Origin: a virus
Virus record (IMG/VR): IMGVR_UViG_3300036859_000196
Span: 1 to 48,217 of that record
Direction: 5' to 3' (one strand)
DNA length: 48,217 nt
Below are positions 26,895-34,835 of the stretch, piece after piece. A program made the position numbers and the translations under genes. The notes below the pieces were generated by a model. It saw only the letters and a list, made by a program, of their open reading frames with translations. It searched no databases and had not been told where the DNA came from. Position 1 is the first letter of the stretch; every line of letters begins with the position of its first letter.

Positions 26895-26921
26895 TTGTTG
26901 TGACTTCTGAAGTCACAACAA
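26895..26921. promoter_or_regulatory. Perfect 27-bp palindrome (13-bp arms), operator candidate
   Basis: TTGTTGTGACTTC-T-GAAGTCACAACAA about 20 bp upstream of the RHH gene. Confidence 0.5.
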
Positions 26922-26941
26922 ATCAGCGACGATTTGCAGCG

Positions 26942-27145
26942 ATGGCGACGACCACACGAAAGCGCATGGGGCGGCCCCCGAAGCCGCCGGAGGCCCGGAT
27001 GATCGATGTCGGTCTGCGGCTCGATCCTGGGACGCATGCAACGGTCACCGCCATGGCGGTTGAGCGCGGCATTGAGCGGGCTGCGATGATCCGCGAATTG
27101 TTGGCGGAGGCGCTCGCTGCGCGGGCGAAGAGGGATAAGAGATGA
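26942..27145 (+). CDS. Ribbon-helix-helix (CopG-like) DNA-binding protein
   Basis: RKRMGRPPK...LRLDPGTHATVTAMAVERGIERAAMIRELLAEAL. Confidence 0.5.
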   Translation: MATTTRKRMGRPPKPPEARMIDVGLRLDPGTHATVTAMAVERGIERAAMIRELLAEALAARAKRDKR

Positions 27146-27157
27146 CCAGTCGTCGCC

Positions 27158-27405
27158 ACATCCGCGAGGCCATGCGTGACATCAATGCCGGCCCCATCGG
27201 TGGCGAGGGCGGCGACCTGGAACGCACCACGCGATCAGCGAGGCGCATCTGCAGCGCTATGTGACGGAAGCCACCTTCAAGTGGAACCACCGCATCGCGC
27301 TTGGCGTAGACGATACTGCTCGTGCCAAGGCCGCTCTCAAGTCCATTGGCGGCAAGCGCTTGACGTACGGGACAACTCGTGGAGCCCAGAACGCCTAAGC
27401 AGCGG
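27158..27405 (+). pseudogene. Internally deleted remnant of the IS1595 transposase gene
   Basis: Near-identical to 23618-23691 joined to 24035-24207 (343-bp internal deletion); no inverted repeats nearby. Confidence 0.7.
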
Positions 27406-27437
27406 GCGCGCAAACGCGGTCGCCCGCCGTAGCCTAA

Positions 27438-27908
27438 CTATGCTGCCTTCGACTTAGCTGACTCGAAATCCAGCTCCACTTTGTCGCCTTGCCAAAGGAC
27501 GATTGGAACCTTCTTCCCATCCGCCTTCACCTCAATCGCGACAATCCCCAACCTCTCTAGGCTGCGCAGCGTGCGAGTTAGATTTGACAGGGCGCGATCT
27601 GACTTCTCAGCCAACTCAGTCAATGACTGAGGCTGTGAATTTCGGATGATCTCCAGCAACAACATGTTCTTCTCGGTCAACACCTTGAAGAGCGCATCTA
27701 GCGACGACACCCAAACCCTCGGCTCGTGGGCCGACGGCTTCTCCCCGCGCGCGATCCTTATCATTCGCTCCCGAACGTAACTGGGCGGAGCGATGCCAAC
27801 TCGCAAAGTCTTCGTTACTGCCACGGCACGCCCTCGTCCTCGTCCGCCGCGTCGCACTCCAGCCATATGATGTCTCGTGTGATGGTGCCGCTCAGTTCTA
27901 CGCTCCAT
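27438..27908 (-). CDS. Winged-helix DNA-binding protein
   Basis: LLLEIIRNSQPQSLTELAEKSDRALSNLTRTLRSLERLGIV; start codon uncertain. Confidence 0.45.
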   Translation of the reverse strand: MERRTERHHHTRHHMAGVRRGGRGRGRAVAVTKTLRVGIAPPSYVRERMIRIARGEKPSAHEPRVWVSSLDALFKVLTEKNMLLLEIIRNSQPQSLTELAEKSDRALSNLTRTLRSLERLGIVAIEVKADGKKVPIVLWQGDKVELDFESAKSKAA

Positions 27909-28060
27909 ATCGCCATCGCCGGCCTTCTCCTACTCGTCGTCATCCGTGTAGCCAACAGCCTCTGGCGTCATGCGCCGCAGCCAGCCACGGCATCGCGGCG
28001 CTCGCCCCCCTGGAGTTTCTTGCCGATGGTGTCGAGTGTATGATCGGTCATCGCGGGGCC

Positions 28061-28366
28061 TCAATCTCTCGTTTCCAGGAACCCAGCAGCGCCGACAGTC
28101 CACGTGAAACCGCCGCGCCGCATCATCTCCTCGAACCCGACAACCTCCTCCTGTCTGATGGTGAGGTCGCCGCACTTGCCGCCGTTGATCCAGACACCAT
28201 AGGTGGTGTGGCCCGGAGTGTCATGCAGGACGCGGAACGAAGCGCTGCGGATGTCCACTTGCTTGTCGCTCTTCGGCATCGCGGGGGGGCATCCTTCGTG
28301 GTGAATGAGTTCTGCTTCAAGCTTCGCGAACAACGCGTGCGGCTCCAAGCTCAGCACGCGCGCCAT
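28061..28366 (-). CDS. Hypothetical protein
   Basis: High third-position GC in minus frame; overlaps upstream gene by 16 nt. Confidence 0.5.
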   Translation of the reverse strand: MARVLSLEPHALFAKLEAELIHHEGCPPAMPKSDKQVDIRSASFRVLHDTPGHTTYGVWINGGKCGDLTIRQEEVVGFEEMMRRGGFTWTVGAAGFLETRD

Positions 28367-28599
28367 CGCGAACACGTGGCGCAGTCCAAGGCATCGTCCC
28401 TAGGGCAGGCGCACTTGATGTCCCGGTCGGCGATCAGCTTCATCGTTCGGCGCTCCGCTGCGTCGAGCGCGAGGCGCACAAGACGGTCAGCCTTCTCTCG
28501 CCCAAGTTCTTTGGTGCATGAGGCATGCAGACTGGCGAGGTTCTTCGCCATGTGGGACGCCCACTCCTCGCCGGACAGTTTCAGCGGCATTTGGCTCAT
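28351..28599 (-). CDS. Cys-rich small protein (C-terminal CxC...CxxC)
   Basis: ATG 28599 with AAGGA RBS; codon bias drops upstream of this start. Confidence 0.45.
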   Translation of the reverse strand: MSQMPLKLSGEEWASHMAKNLASLHASCTKELGREKADRLVRLALDAAERRTMKLIADRDIKCACPRDDALDCATCSRWRAC

Positions 28600-28795
28600 C
28601 CTTGCGCAGTTGGCGGCGAGCCGCACCGAGGACACGTCGCCGGCTCCGTCACATAGTTTTCGGAGGCGCCAGAAGAGGGGATGATCGACCTGACGCGATA
28701 GTGCAGAGAATGTAGTACGTAATCGCGTGGCTGTCAAGTCGCCTCACGAGCTGACACAGCTTGACTCTTGCCGTCGTGTCTGCTATGTGTCAGTC

Positions 28796-28969
28796 ATGAG
28801 CACCATGGCGCGACTCAAGAAGCTGTTTACGCTCTACCTTGACCCTAAGCTGCTGGCGCGGCTGGAAGCGTGGCTGTCCAGGCAGGACGTGCCACCCAGC
28901 AGGACGGCCGTAGTCGAGGCGGCCCTGCGCGAGTTCCTGGAGAAGCGCGAGAAGGGGCGGAAAGCGTGA
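28796..28969 (+). CDS. Ribbon-helix-helix (CopG/Arc-like) protein
   Basis: MARLKKLFTLYLDPKLLARLEAWL...SRTAVVEAALREFLE; TTGACT-17-TATGTG promoter-like upstream. Confidence 0.55.
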   Translation: MSTMARLKKLFTLYLDPKLLARLEAWLSRQDVPPSRTAVVEAALREFLEKREKGRKA

Positions 28970-29055
28970 GCTGCGTCTACGTGACGGCGTGAACTGACGA
29001 GAAGGAATAGGAGGCCGCGTGTGGCGCAACGCCTTGGCGTGCTATCCGGAACAAC

Positions 29056-29286
29056 GTGACCGCCCAGGATGACACCATGCCGAAATTCGACGCTGAGCGC
29101 TACCGCCAGCCGCACGCTGAGGCGACCCTTGCGAGGGTCATCTGGGGCGATGAGTACGGCCCTCAGCCACTGTCGGCGATGGCATGGTGGGAGCAGCTGC
29201 CGGAGCGCCGCAAGCGCATCATCCGAGCGGCGCTGGATGAGATCGCCGGGCTTCCGCGTGAGCGGAAACCCGGAACGCTAAAATAA
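29056..29286 (+). CDS. Hypothetical protein
   Basis: 76-aa ORF. Confidence 0.3.
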   Translation: MTAQDDTMPKFDAERYRQPHAEATLARVIWGDEYGPQPLSAMAWWEQLPERRKRIIRAALDEIAGLPRERKPGTLK

Positions 29287-29298
29287 GGGCCGCCCACC

Positions 29299-29682
29299 AT
29301 GACCGAACGCAAGCCGATACTATGCTTGGATTTTGACGGCGTGATCCACAGCTATACCAGCGGTTGGCAAGGCGCAGACAAGGTGCCTGATCGGCCGGTG
29401 CCTGGCGCCATTGAGTTTCTGGCTGAGGCCGTGCAGCACTTCCGCGTCGCGATCTTTTCGAGCCGCAGCAACCAGCCCGGCGGCTACGAGGCCATGCGGG
29501 CTTGGCTTGAGCGGAACGCGATGGAGAAGCTGCCCGGAAACTTCGAATGGCTTCACGAGATCGAGTGGCCGCTTGAGAAGCCGCCAGCGCTGGTGACCAT
29601 CGACGACCGCGCCATCACCTTCAACGGTACGTGGCCCACCATCGAAGCCATCAAGGGGTTCAAGCCATGGAACAAGCGATAA
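29299..29682 (+). CDS. HAD-superfamily phosphatase-like protein
   Basis: N-terminal ILCLDFDGVIH (HAD motif I DxDG) and later LVTIDDRA. Confidence 0.55.
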   Translation: MTERKPILCLDFDGVIHSYTSGWQGADKVPDRPVPGAIEFLAEAVQHFRVAIFSSRSNQPGGYEAMRAWLERNAMEKLPGNFEWLHEIEWPLEKPPALVTIDDRAITFNGTWPTIEAIKGFKPWNKR

Positions 29683-29894
29683 GAGAGACAGAAAGCCATC
29701 AGGACATGAAATACCGCCACTGGCTCGCGTTGCTCGGTGTCCTGCTCATCGCGGGGTCGCCGTCGGCGCCGTTGCTGGCCGCGGACTGGCTGCCGGTGGC
29801 TGGTCTGTTCATTGGCGCCGGCGTCCTATGCCTGAGCGGCGCCGCTATCATCACGCCAGACGGACAACCGAGTAGGATGAGGAGGCCATGGTGA
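29667..29894 (+). CDS. Small membrane protein (two hydrophobic segments)
   Basis: ATG 29667 overlaps previous gene end. Confidence 0.4.
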   Translation: MEQAIRETESHQDMKYRHWLALLGVLLIAGSPSAPLLAADWLPVAGLFIGAGVLCLSGAAIITPDGQPSRMRRPW

Positions 29895-30347
29895 TCACGA
29901 TAGACGGGCCGCAAGGTCAAGGTGCTCAGGCTACAACCCGGACGTTGGCGAGTACGTGAAGATGGTTGAGATCGACGGCAAGCGACAGATGGCGGTCGGC
30001 GGTCCAGGCCGCTGACGGCTATGGACTGCGCGAGACCGCACCGAGCCGTTGCGCGAGGCGGCGACCAAGGGAGGGTGTCCTGTGCCAGCCGAGACCAGGG
30101 AACGTGAAGACTGGATTGCACGCAACCATGCGCAGTACATGCTAGTCGCCCTGCGGGACATCGCACGAGGTGGCGATGACGGCAAACCAATCGCCGCGAA
30201 GGCGGCGCAAGACCGCGCCCGCCGCGCACTGAAGAATATTGGGCTAGGTTGGCCCTTTTGGGCAAAGCCGAAGCGATAAAGGAGAAGCAGGATGAGCGAC
30301 GAAGGAAGTCGCCGCCGCGCTGCTGGAACGCAAAGGATGAGGAGGCC

Positions 30348-30578
30348 ATGACGCTGGCCGAGATGGTGGTTGAGGTGCGCACCGGCGTTGAGATGTCGCA
30401 AAAGGCATTCGCCTCAGCACTCGGTTTCTCGCCGCAGTACCTCTGCGACTTGGAGCACGGTCGGCGTCCGGGCTCTGTCGAATTTGTCAACCGCCTTTGT
30501 GATTGGATGGGGCGTGGCCCGAAGGGTCGCAAGGAATGGCACATGGCCGGTGCGCGGTCGCACGGCTGGGAAGTATAG
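30348..30578 (+). CDS. XRE-family HTH regulator
   Basis: MSQKAFASALGFSPQYLCDLEHGRRPGSVEFVNRL. Confidence 0.5.
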   Translation: MTLAEMVVEVRTGVEMSQKAFASALGFSPQYLCDLEHGRRPGSVEFVNRLCDWMGRGPKGRKEWHMAGARSHGWEV

Positions 30579-30590
30579 GATAGGGAGCCA

Positions 30591-30815
30591 ATGAATCCGG
30601 AAGTCCACTGCGCGACCTGCGGGCGCACCAAAGACCCGATGCAACACATGCGTGCCGACCATCCGCCGACTGCGGCGAAAGCGTGGCTAAAGCGCACGTG
30701 CAAACGCGAGGGCAAGCCGTGTGAGTTTGGCTATCGGGCCGGCGTTGACGTAGAAGGCCTGCGCCGGGCTCTGAAGCGCGGGACAACCGAACAGAGCAAG
30801 GATGAGGAGCGCTGA
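30591..30815 (+). CDS. Hypothetical Cys-containing protein
   Basis: 74-aa ORF. Confidence 0.3.
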   Translation: MNPEVHCATCGRTKDPMQHMRADHPPTAAKAWLKRTCKREGKPCEFGYRAGVDVEGLRRALKRGTTEQSKDEER

Positions 30816-30985
30816 CATGCCGCTGTGCGAGCATAGGCAATGGGTCGGTTCCTGCGATAGGTGCCGCATCCGGGATGGCGAACTTGGTGCTCATCGGGCC
30901 GCCTCCGCACCCGGAGCATCGGCAAAGTCGGTACATCTGTCCCGACCAACATCCGCGCGTCGGTTAATCTTTCCCTTGGAAATCA

Positions 30986-31035
30986 TGGCGGTCCCGGCAG
31001 GGCTTGAACCCGCAACCTCCGCGTTCGAAGCGCGG
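30986..31035 (-). other. attP core: 3' ~50-nt fragment of a tRNA-Arg(UCG)-like gene
   Basis: Minus strand reads anticodon stem-loop CCGCG-CTTCGAA-CGCGG, T-arm GCGGG-TTCAAGC-CCTGC, acceptor 3' strand, CCA; no D-arm or 5' acceptor strand. Confidence 0.55.
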
Positions 31036-31120
31036 CCACACGGCGCCACATGTGTGATTTTGCTGGGGTTTTTCGCGCGCATCGTCGTCCAAATCGCCCG
31101 CTCTTCGCATTTCGTTCTCG

Positions 31121-31936
31121 CTAGGTCGGTTCACATGAACCGACCAACGTCCGCGTATCCGAGAAGCGGGGGGGGGCCGCAGGGGTGCTGGCGAGTTCAC
31201 CCACCATCCACTTCGCGGCATCGGCCTTGATCTGCTCGAACACGACGGGGTGCTGGCTCTTGAAGTCCGGCATGCGCGACGACGCCACGTATCCCTGCGC
31301 GGTCGCGTCGAGCCAAATCTGCGTCCAGCGCGCCGCGTCGAGTCCGAGCAGTTTGAAGTCGCGTCGCGTCACGGGTCTCCGCTCCAGAATGGCAACGATC
31401 TTGAGCGCCTTGATCTTCCACGCCGTCAGTTGGACCGGGGCACTATGGCCGGCGCCGCTGTCGGGGACATAGTCAGGGAGGGCGACCCGCTTCACCGGGC
31501 ACCACTCGTGCCAATGTCGGTCATCGCCCCAGCGCTCGGCGACGTGCGGCAGATCGGGTTCGAACCTGCGGCGGTAGACCCGCTCGGACGGTGGCCATAT
31601 CGTTATCACAGTGAGTCCGAGCCAGTTGCAGATCGTGCCGAGCCCGTTCTGCTTTCCTCCTTCTGGCACCAGCACGGCACGACAATCCGGGCCGATCTCG
31701 GCGGCTCCGTACCAACGTTCGGGCAGCGCCTGCACCGCCACCGTGTTGTTGAGGATGAGCTTGGCCTCGATGCCAATCTGGAAGCCGTCTTCCCTGCGAA
31801 CGAGCAGGATGTCCCAGCCGCCAGTCTCGGCATACGCAACCCAGGCGTCACCCTTTGTGACCTGCGTGATGAACTCGGCGCAGAGCGCGACCTCGCTCTC
31901 GAAACCGGGCTTGCGGGATCGCTTCGTGGCCGTCAT
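31121..31936 (-). CDS. Hypothetical protein with PD-(D/E)xK nuclease-like motif
   Basis: Starts at ATG overlapping integrase stop; motif DILLVRREDGFQIGIEAKL; G9 tract encodes PPP near C-terminus. Confidence 0.45.
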   Translation of the reverse strand: MTATKRSRKPGFESEVALCAEFITQVTKGDAWVAYAETGGWDILLVRREDGFQIGIEAKLILNNTVAVQALPERWYGAAEIGPDCRAVLVPEGGKQNGLGTICNWLGLTVITIWPPSERVYRRRFEPDLPHVAERWGDDRHWHEWCPVKRVALPDYVPDSGAGHSAPVQLTAWKIKALKIVAILERRPVTRRDFKLLGLDAARWTQIWLDATAQGYVASSRMPDFKSQHPVVFEQIKADAAKWMVGELASTPAAPPRFSDTRTLVGSCEPT

Positions 31937-33039
31937 TCCCTGCCCCGCTTGTCCTCGATCGCCTTCGGCTCCCGCAGCGACAGCGCATTCGCCGCGCGCT
32001 GCAGGTAGTCCGGGTGGAAGCGCGCATAGACGCGCTCGGTGATCGCCGTGGAAGTGTGGCCCATGTACTGGCTGATCTCCGCCATTGGCAGCCGGGCCTG
32101 GGCCATCCAGACACCGGCGGTGTGGCGGAGCACGTAGGGTGTGACATCGTCGAGCTTGGCGCGGCGTGCGGCAGCCACGATGGCCTGGCGCACGCCCTGG
32201 CGGCCAGTGATGGGAGCCTCGTTGTACTCGATTACCCACTCGGTCTGAGCCATCTCGCGCGCCAGCTTTAGCGTCTCATAGGCCTCCTCATTGAGCGGCA
32301 CGCGAGCGCGGCCCTTGCGGGTGGCATCGCGCTCCGGGTCGTCGAGGTTCACGTGACCGAAGTAGGTGACCCCGCTCTGGGGGTGCGTCCACTTCTTGAG
32401 CGTGACGCGGTCCCATGTGAGCTGCAGGATGTGGCTCGGCCGGCCGGCGGTGGCGAACGCCAGCTGCAGCCACACCTTGACGTGGAACGCCTTGGCGGCG
32501 TCGATCAGTCGGACGGCCTCAGCCTTGGTCAACCACCGCTCACGCGGCCGGGCTGCCGGCGGGCGCTCGATCTCCGGACGGTCGCCTGAATAGAGCTTCT
32601 TCCGCTTGCCAAAGCCGAGCGCCGCAGAGAGATAAACCAGCTCGGACCGGATGCCGCCGTTCGACACCCCATGACCGCGCCGATGCCTGGCATAGGCCCG
32701 GCAGGTGGTGTCCTCGATCTGGTCCGGCATCAGGTGCCCGAAGTGTGATGCCATCGGTTTCCAGGCCTCGCGCATGCGGCGCGCGTCCTTGCCGACCGCC
32801 TCGCGGTCCTTGACGTACAGGTCGTAGATCGAGGCCATGGCAACCGCCTTCCCGTCTTTCCCCTGGCGCTGTGCCTCGGAGAGGCCGCTGTTCCAGCGCG
32901 CTACCTCGCGGTCAGCATCCGGCCGATTGCCCGTTGTCGCTTTGATGCCGAGCGCATGGCGCTGTTTGCTGCGTCCATGCCCCCAGACGACGCACCAGAC
33001 GCCGCGGTGTCGTCCGCGCCTGTAGACTTGATCCCCCAT
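31933..33039 (-). CDS. int: Tyrosine integrase
   Basis: N-terminal RGVWCVVWGHGRSKQRHALG arm-type region; C-terminal VLRHTAGVWMAQA...YMGHTSTAITERVYARF catalytic region. Confidence 0.85.
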   Translation of the reverse strand: MGDQVYRRGRHRGVWCVVWGHGRSKQRHALGIKATTGNRPDADREVARWNSGLSEAQRQGKDGKAVAMASIYDLYVKDREAVGKDARRMREAWKPMASHFGHLMPDQIEDTTCRAYARHRRGHGVSNGGIRSELVYLSAALGFGKRKKLYSGDRPEIERPPAARPRERWLTKAEAVRLIDAAKAFHVKVWLQLAFATAGRPSHILQLTWDRVTLKKWTHPQSGVTYFGHVNLDDPERDATRKGRARVPLNEEAYETLKLAREMAQTEWVIEYNEAPITGRQGVRQAIVAAARRAKLDDVTPYVLRHTAGVWMAQARLPMAEISQYMGHTSTAITERVYARFHPDYLQRAANALSLREPKAIEDKRGRE

Positions 33040-33233
33040 CGCACCAGCAACGCCTCCAGATCCTCGCGCCTCACGCGCACCATGCCGTCGATCCGAACCA
33101 CGGGTAGGCCCGTGCCGGGTTGATCCTTCTCGCGCTCGATCAGCGCGTAGACCTTGCTCTTCGAGCAATCGAGCTCCCGCGCGACGCTGCGGACCGAGAG
33201 AAGACGCGGCGGCAGAACTGCGGTGTCGGTCAT
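32901..33233 (-). CDS. xis: Excisionase / AlpA-like HTH protein
   Basis: LLSVRSVARELDCSKSKVYALIE...LPVVRIDGMVRVRREDLEALL; 3' end overlaps int start. Confidence 0.5.
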   Translation of the reverse strand: MTDTAVLPPRLLSVRSVARELDCSKSKVYALIEREKDQPGTGLPVVRIDGMVRVRREDLEALLVRWGIKSTGADDTAASGASSGGMDAANSAMRSASKRQRAIGRMLTAR

Positions 33234-33451
33234 GGCCCCGCCCTCTCATAGACCCGCGCCAGCTCGGCCCGCGTATAGGCCCCGTCGTAGCGGTCGCTCG
33301 CGGCGTCGACGACCCGGCAGCCCGCCTCGAATTCACGCATCTCGCGGCGGTGCATCCACCACAGCATCGCAAGGCCGCCAGCGAGACCGACGACGCAGCC
33401 GACGAGGCCGCCAAGGGCGCCGACGGCGAGAAGGATCGGATCGAAAGTCAT
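33230..33451 (-). CDS. Small membrane protein
   Basis: Hydrophobic N-terminus ILLAVGALGGLVGCVVGLAGGLAMLWW. Confidence 0.4.
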   Translation of the reverse strand: MTFDPILLAVGALGGLVGCVVGLAGGLAMLWWMHRREMREFEAGCRVVDAASDRYDGAYTRAELARVYERAGP

Positions 33452-33454
33452 GGC

Positions 33455-33706
33455 TCACTCCCCATCCGACTCGATGATCTGCTTCGCGGGGTCGGTCTCA
33501 TCCGCTGACCACATATCGATGAGCCACGGGTGCTCCATAACGGCTTTGCGGATCGCGCCTGGCGTCGTGTTGAATGCGTTGGTTGCCGCCTCGACCGTCG
33601 GCGGCGCGTCCTGCATGTAAACCCAGATGGCGAGCGCCGAGACGAAGCTGTCCCAATGCACGCCCGGCTGGTCGGGGTCGGTCTCGAAGTCGACAAACGG
33701 CGGCAT
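33455..33706 (-). CDS. Hypothetical protein
   Basis: 83-aa ORF in early minus-strand operon. Confidence 0.4.
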   Translation of the reverse strand: MPPFVDFETDPDQPGVHWDSFVSALAIWVYMQDAPPTVEAATNAFNTTPGAIRKAVMEHPWLIDMWSADETDPAKQIIESDGE

Positions 33707-33707
33707 C

Positions 33708-33926
33708 TCAGCACCTCAGCAGCCAGTGGTTGCGATTGGCGTCGTGGTCGCATTCGCAGGGGTAGGCGATGTGCTGCAGTTCCGCGATCCACCAGAGCCG
33801 CGGCACACAGTCGGGCGACTGCGCTTGGTTCACACGTATCTGCACGACCTCCCGCTGCATGCCGGCCGGCGCACAAACCGCTACGGCGTGTTGGTCGCAG
33901 ACGAAAATGTTGACGCGGTCGCTCAT
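33708..33926 (-). CDS. Hypothetical Cys-rich protein
   Basis: 72-aa ORF. Confidence 0.35.
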   Translation of the reverse strand: MSDRVNIFVCDQHAVAVCAPAGMQREVVQIRVNQAQSPDCVPRLWWIAELQHIAYPCECDHDANRNHWLLRC

Positions 33927-34114
33927 CTCATCACCCGCTTCACTGCATCGACGAGCGTGCGGGCTTCATCCCACTCATGCTTTCGCACGGTGATGAAGCC
34001 AACCTCGTGCAGATCACGGAGAATTGCGCGCGCGACGTTTTCCTCGACGCGCCTAGAGATGACCGCCAGTGCCTTGTGGTTGGTGCCGCAGCTCAGCGTG
34101 TTGATGTCGCTCAT
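33923..34114 (-). CDS. Hypothetical protein
   Basis: Internal Met MSDINTL... of ORF 33923..34252. Confidence 0.35.
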   Translation of the reverse strand: MSDINTLSCGTNHKALAVISRRVEENVARAILRDLHEVGFITVRKHEWDEARTLVDAVKRVMR

Positions 34115-34115
34115 C

Positions 34116-34373
34116 TCACCACCCCTGATCCGGCAGCCGCCGCCCGAGCTTCCACCTGCCCCCGATGAACGAGGCCTTGAAGTAGGCGGCGCGGTCGCCG
34201 TTGAGGGCTCGGACGATCGGCTGCACAAGTGCCTGCCTGCGGATACGCGCATCGTCCTCCCGAGGCACGATCAGCACCATCTCGCGATGCGGACCGGCAT
34301 GGACGACGGTTGCCTTGACGACTTCGACGGTCATGTCCTGCGTGCCCTCCAGGTCTGGCCGATAGTCGGTCAT
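34116..34373 (-). CDS. Hypothetical protein
   Basis: Internal Met MTDYRPDLEG... of ORF 34116..34421. Confidence 0.35.
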   Translation of the reverse strand: MTDYRPDLEGTQDMTVEVVKATVVHAGPHREMVLIVPREDDARIRRQALVQPIVRALNGDRAAYFKASFIGGRWKLGRRLPDQGW

Positions 34374-34831
34374 CACGCGGCCGCCCTCGCCTGCTTGAGG
34401 TGCGCGCGCCGGTCGAGCCACGCCGCGATCTCGGTGGCCCCACGGCTGAAGGCGCGCAGGTCCTCCGAGGTGTAGGTGTCTGCCGCAGCAACGACGGAGC
34501 GGTCGCGCGGCTTGTCGCTTGGTTCGACCGCGCCGATCGCCGCGAGCAGAGACTTGGCGTCATCGGACAGCGCATCCCAGTCGCGATGCTCGGATACGAA
34601 CGTGCCCTTCCCCTGCCTGCGGATCAGCACGCCCTCCGCTTCCAGCGCGTCGAGCGCCTTGCGCATCGTACCGGAGCTGACGCCGTACTCAGCAGCCAGA
34701 GCGCCCTCATTGGGGAGGGGGAAGCCGGGTTTCCATTCGCAGGAACGAATGCGCTCAGTCAGGCGCTCTTGCGCCTGAATGTAGAGCGGCGTGATTTTGA
34801 AACGGTTCTCGCCGTTGATGGTCGTGTGCAT
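34373..34831 (-). CDS. GntR-family winged-helix regulator
   Basis: LPNEGALAAEYGVSSGTMRKALDALEAEGVLIRRQGKGTFV. Confidence 0.55.
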   Translation of the reverse strand: MHTTINGENRFKITPLYIQAQERLTERIRSCEWKPGFPLPNEGALAAEYGVSSGTMRKALDALEAEGVLIRRQGKGTFVSEHRDWDALSDDAKSLLAAIGAVEPSDKPRDRSVVAAADTYTSEDLRAFSRGATEIAAWLDRRAHLKQARAAA

Positions 34832-34835
34832 GGTG

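Noticed and set aside
27045-27457. ORFs 27045..27413 (-) and 27176..27457 (+)
   Set aside because: They lie on the internally deleted transposase remnant and are out of frame with the transposase.
28040-28684. Plus-strand 214-aa ORF
   Set aside because: Antisense to the minus-strand operon, which has much better codon bias; low-complexity translation.
30986-31050. Full-length tRNA gene
   Set aside because: Only the anticodon arm to CCA is present; the upstream sequence cannot form a D-arm or 5' acceptor strand, so it is treated as an att core fragment.
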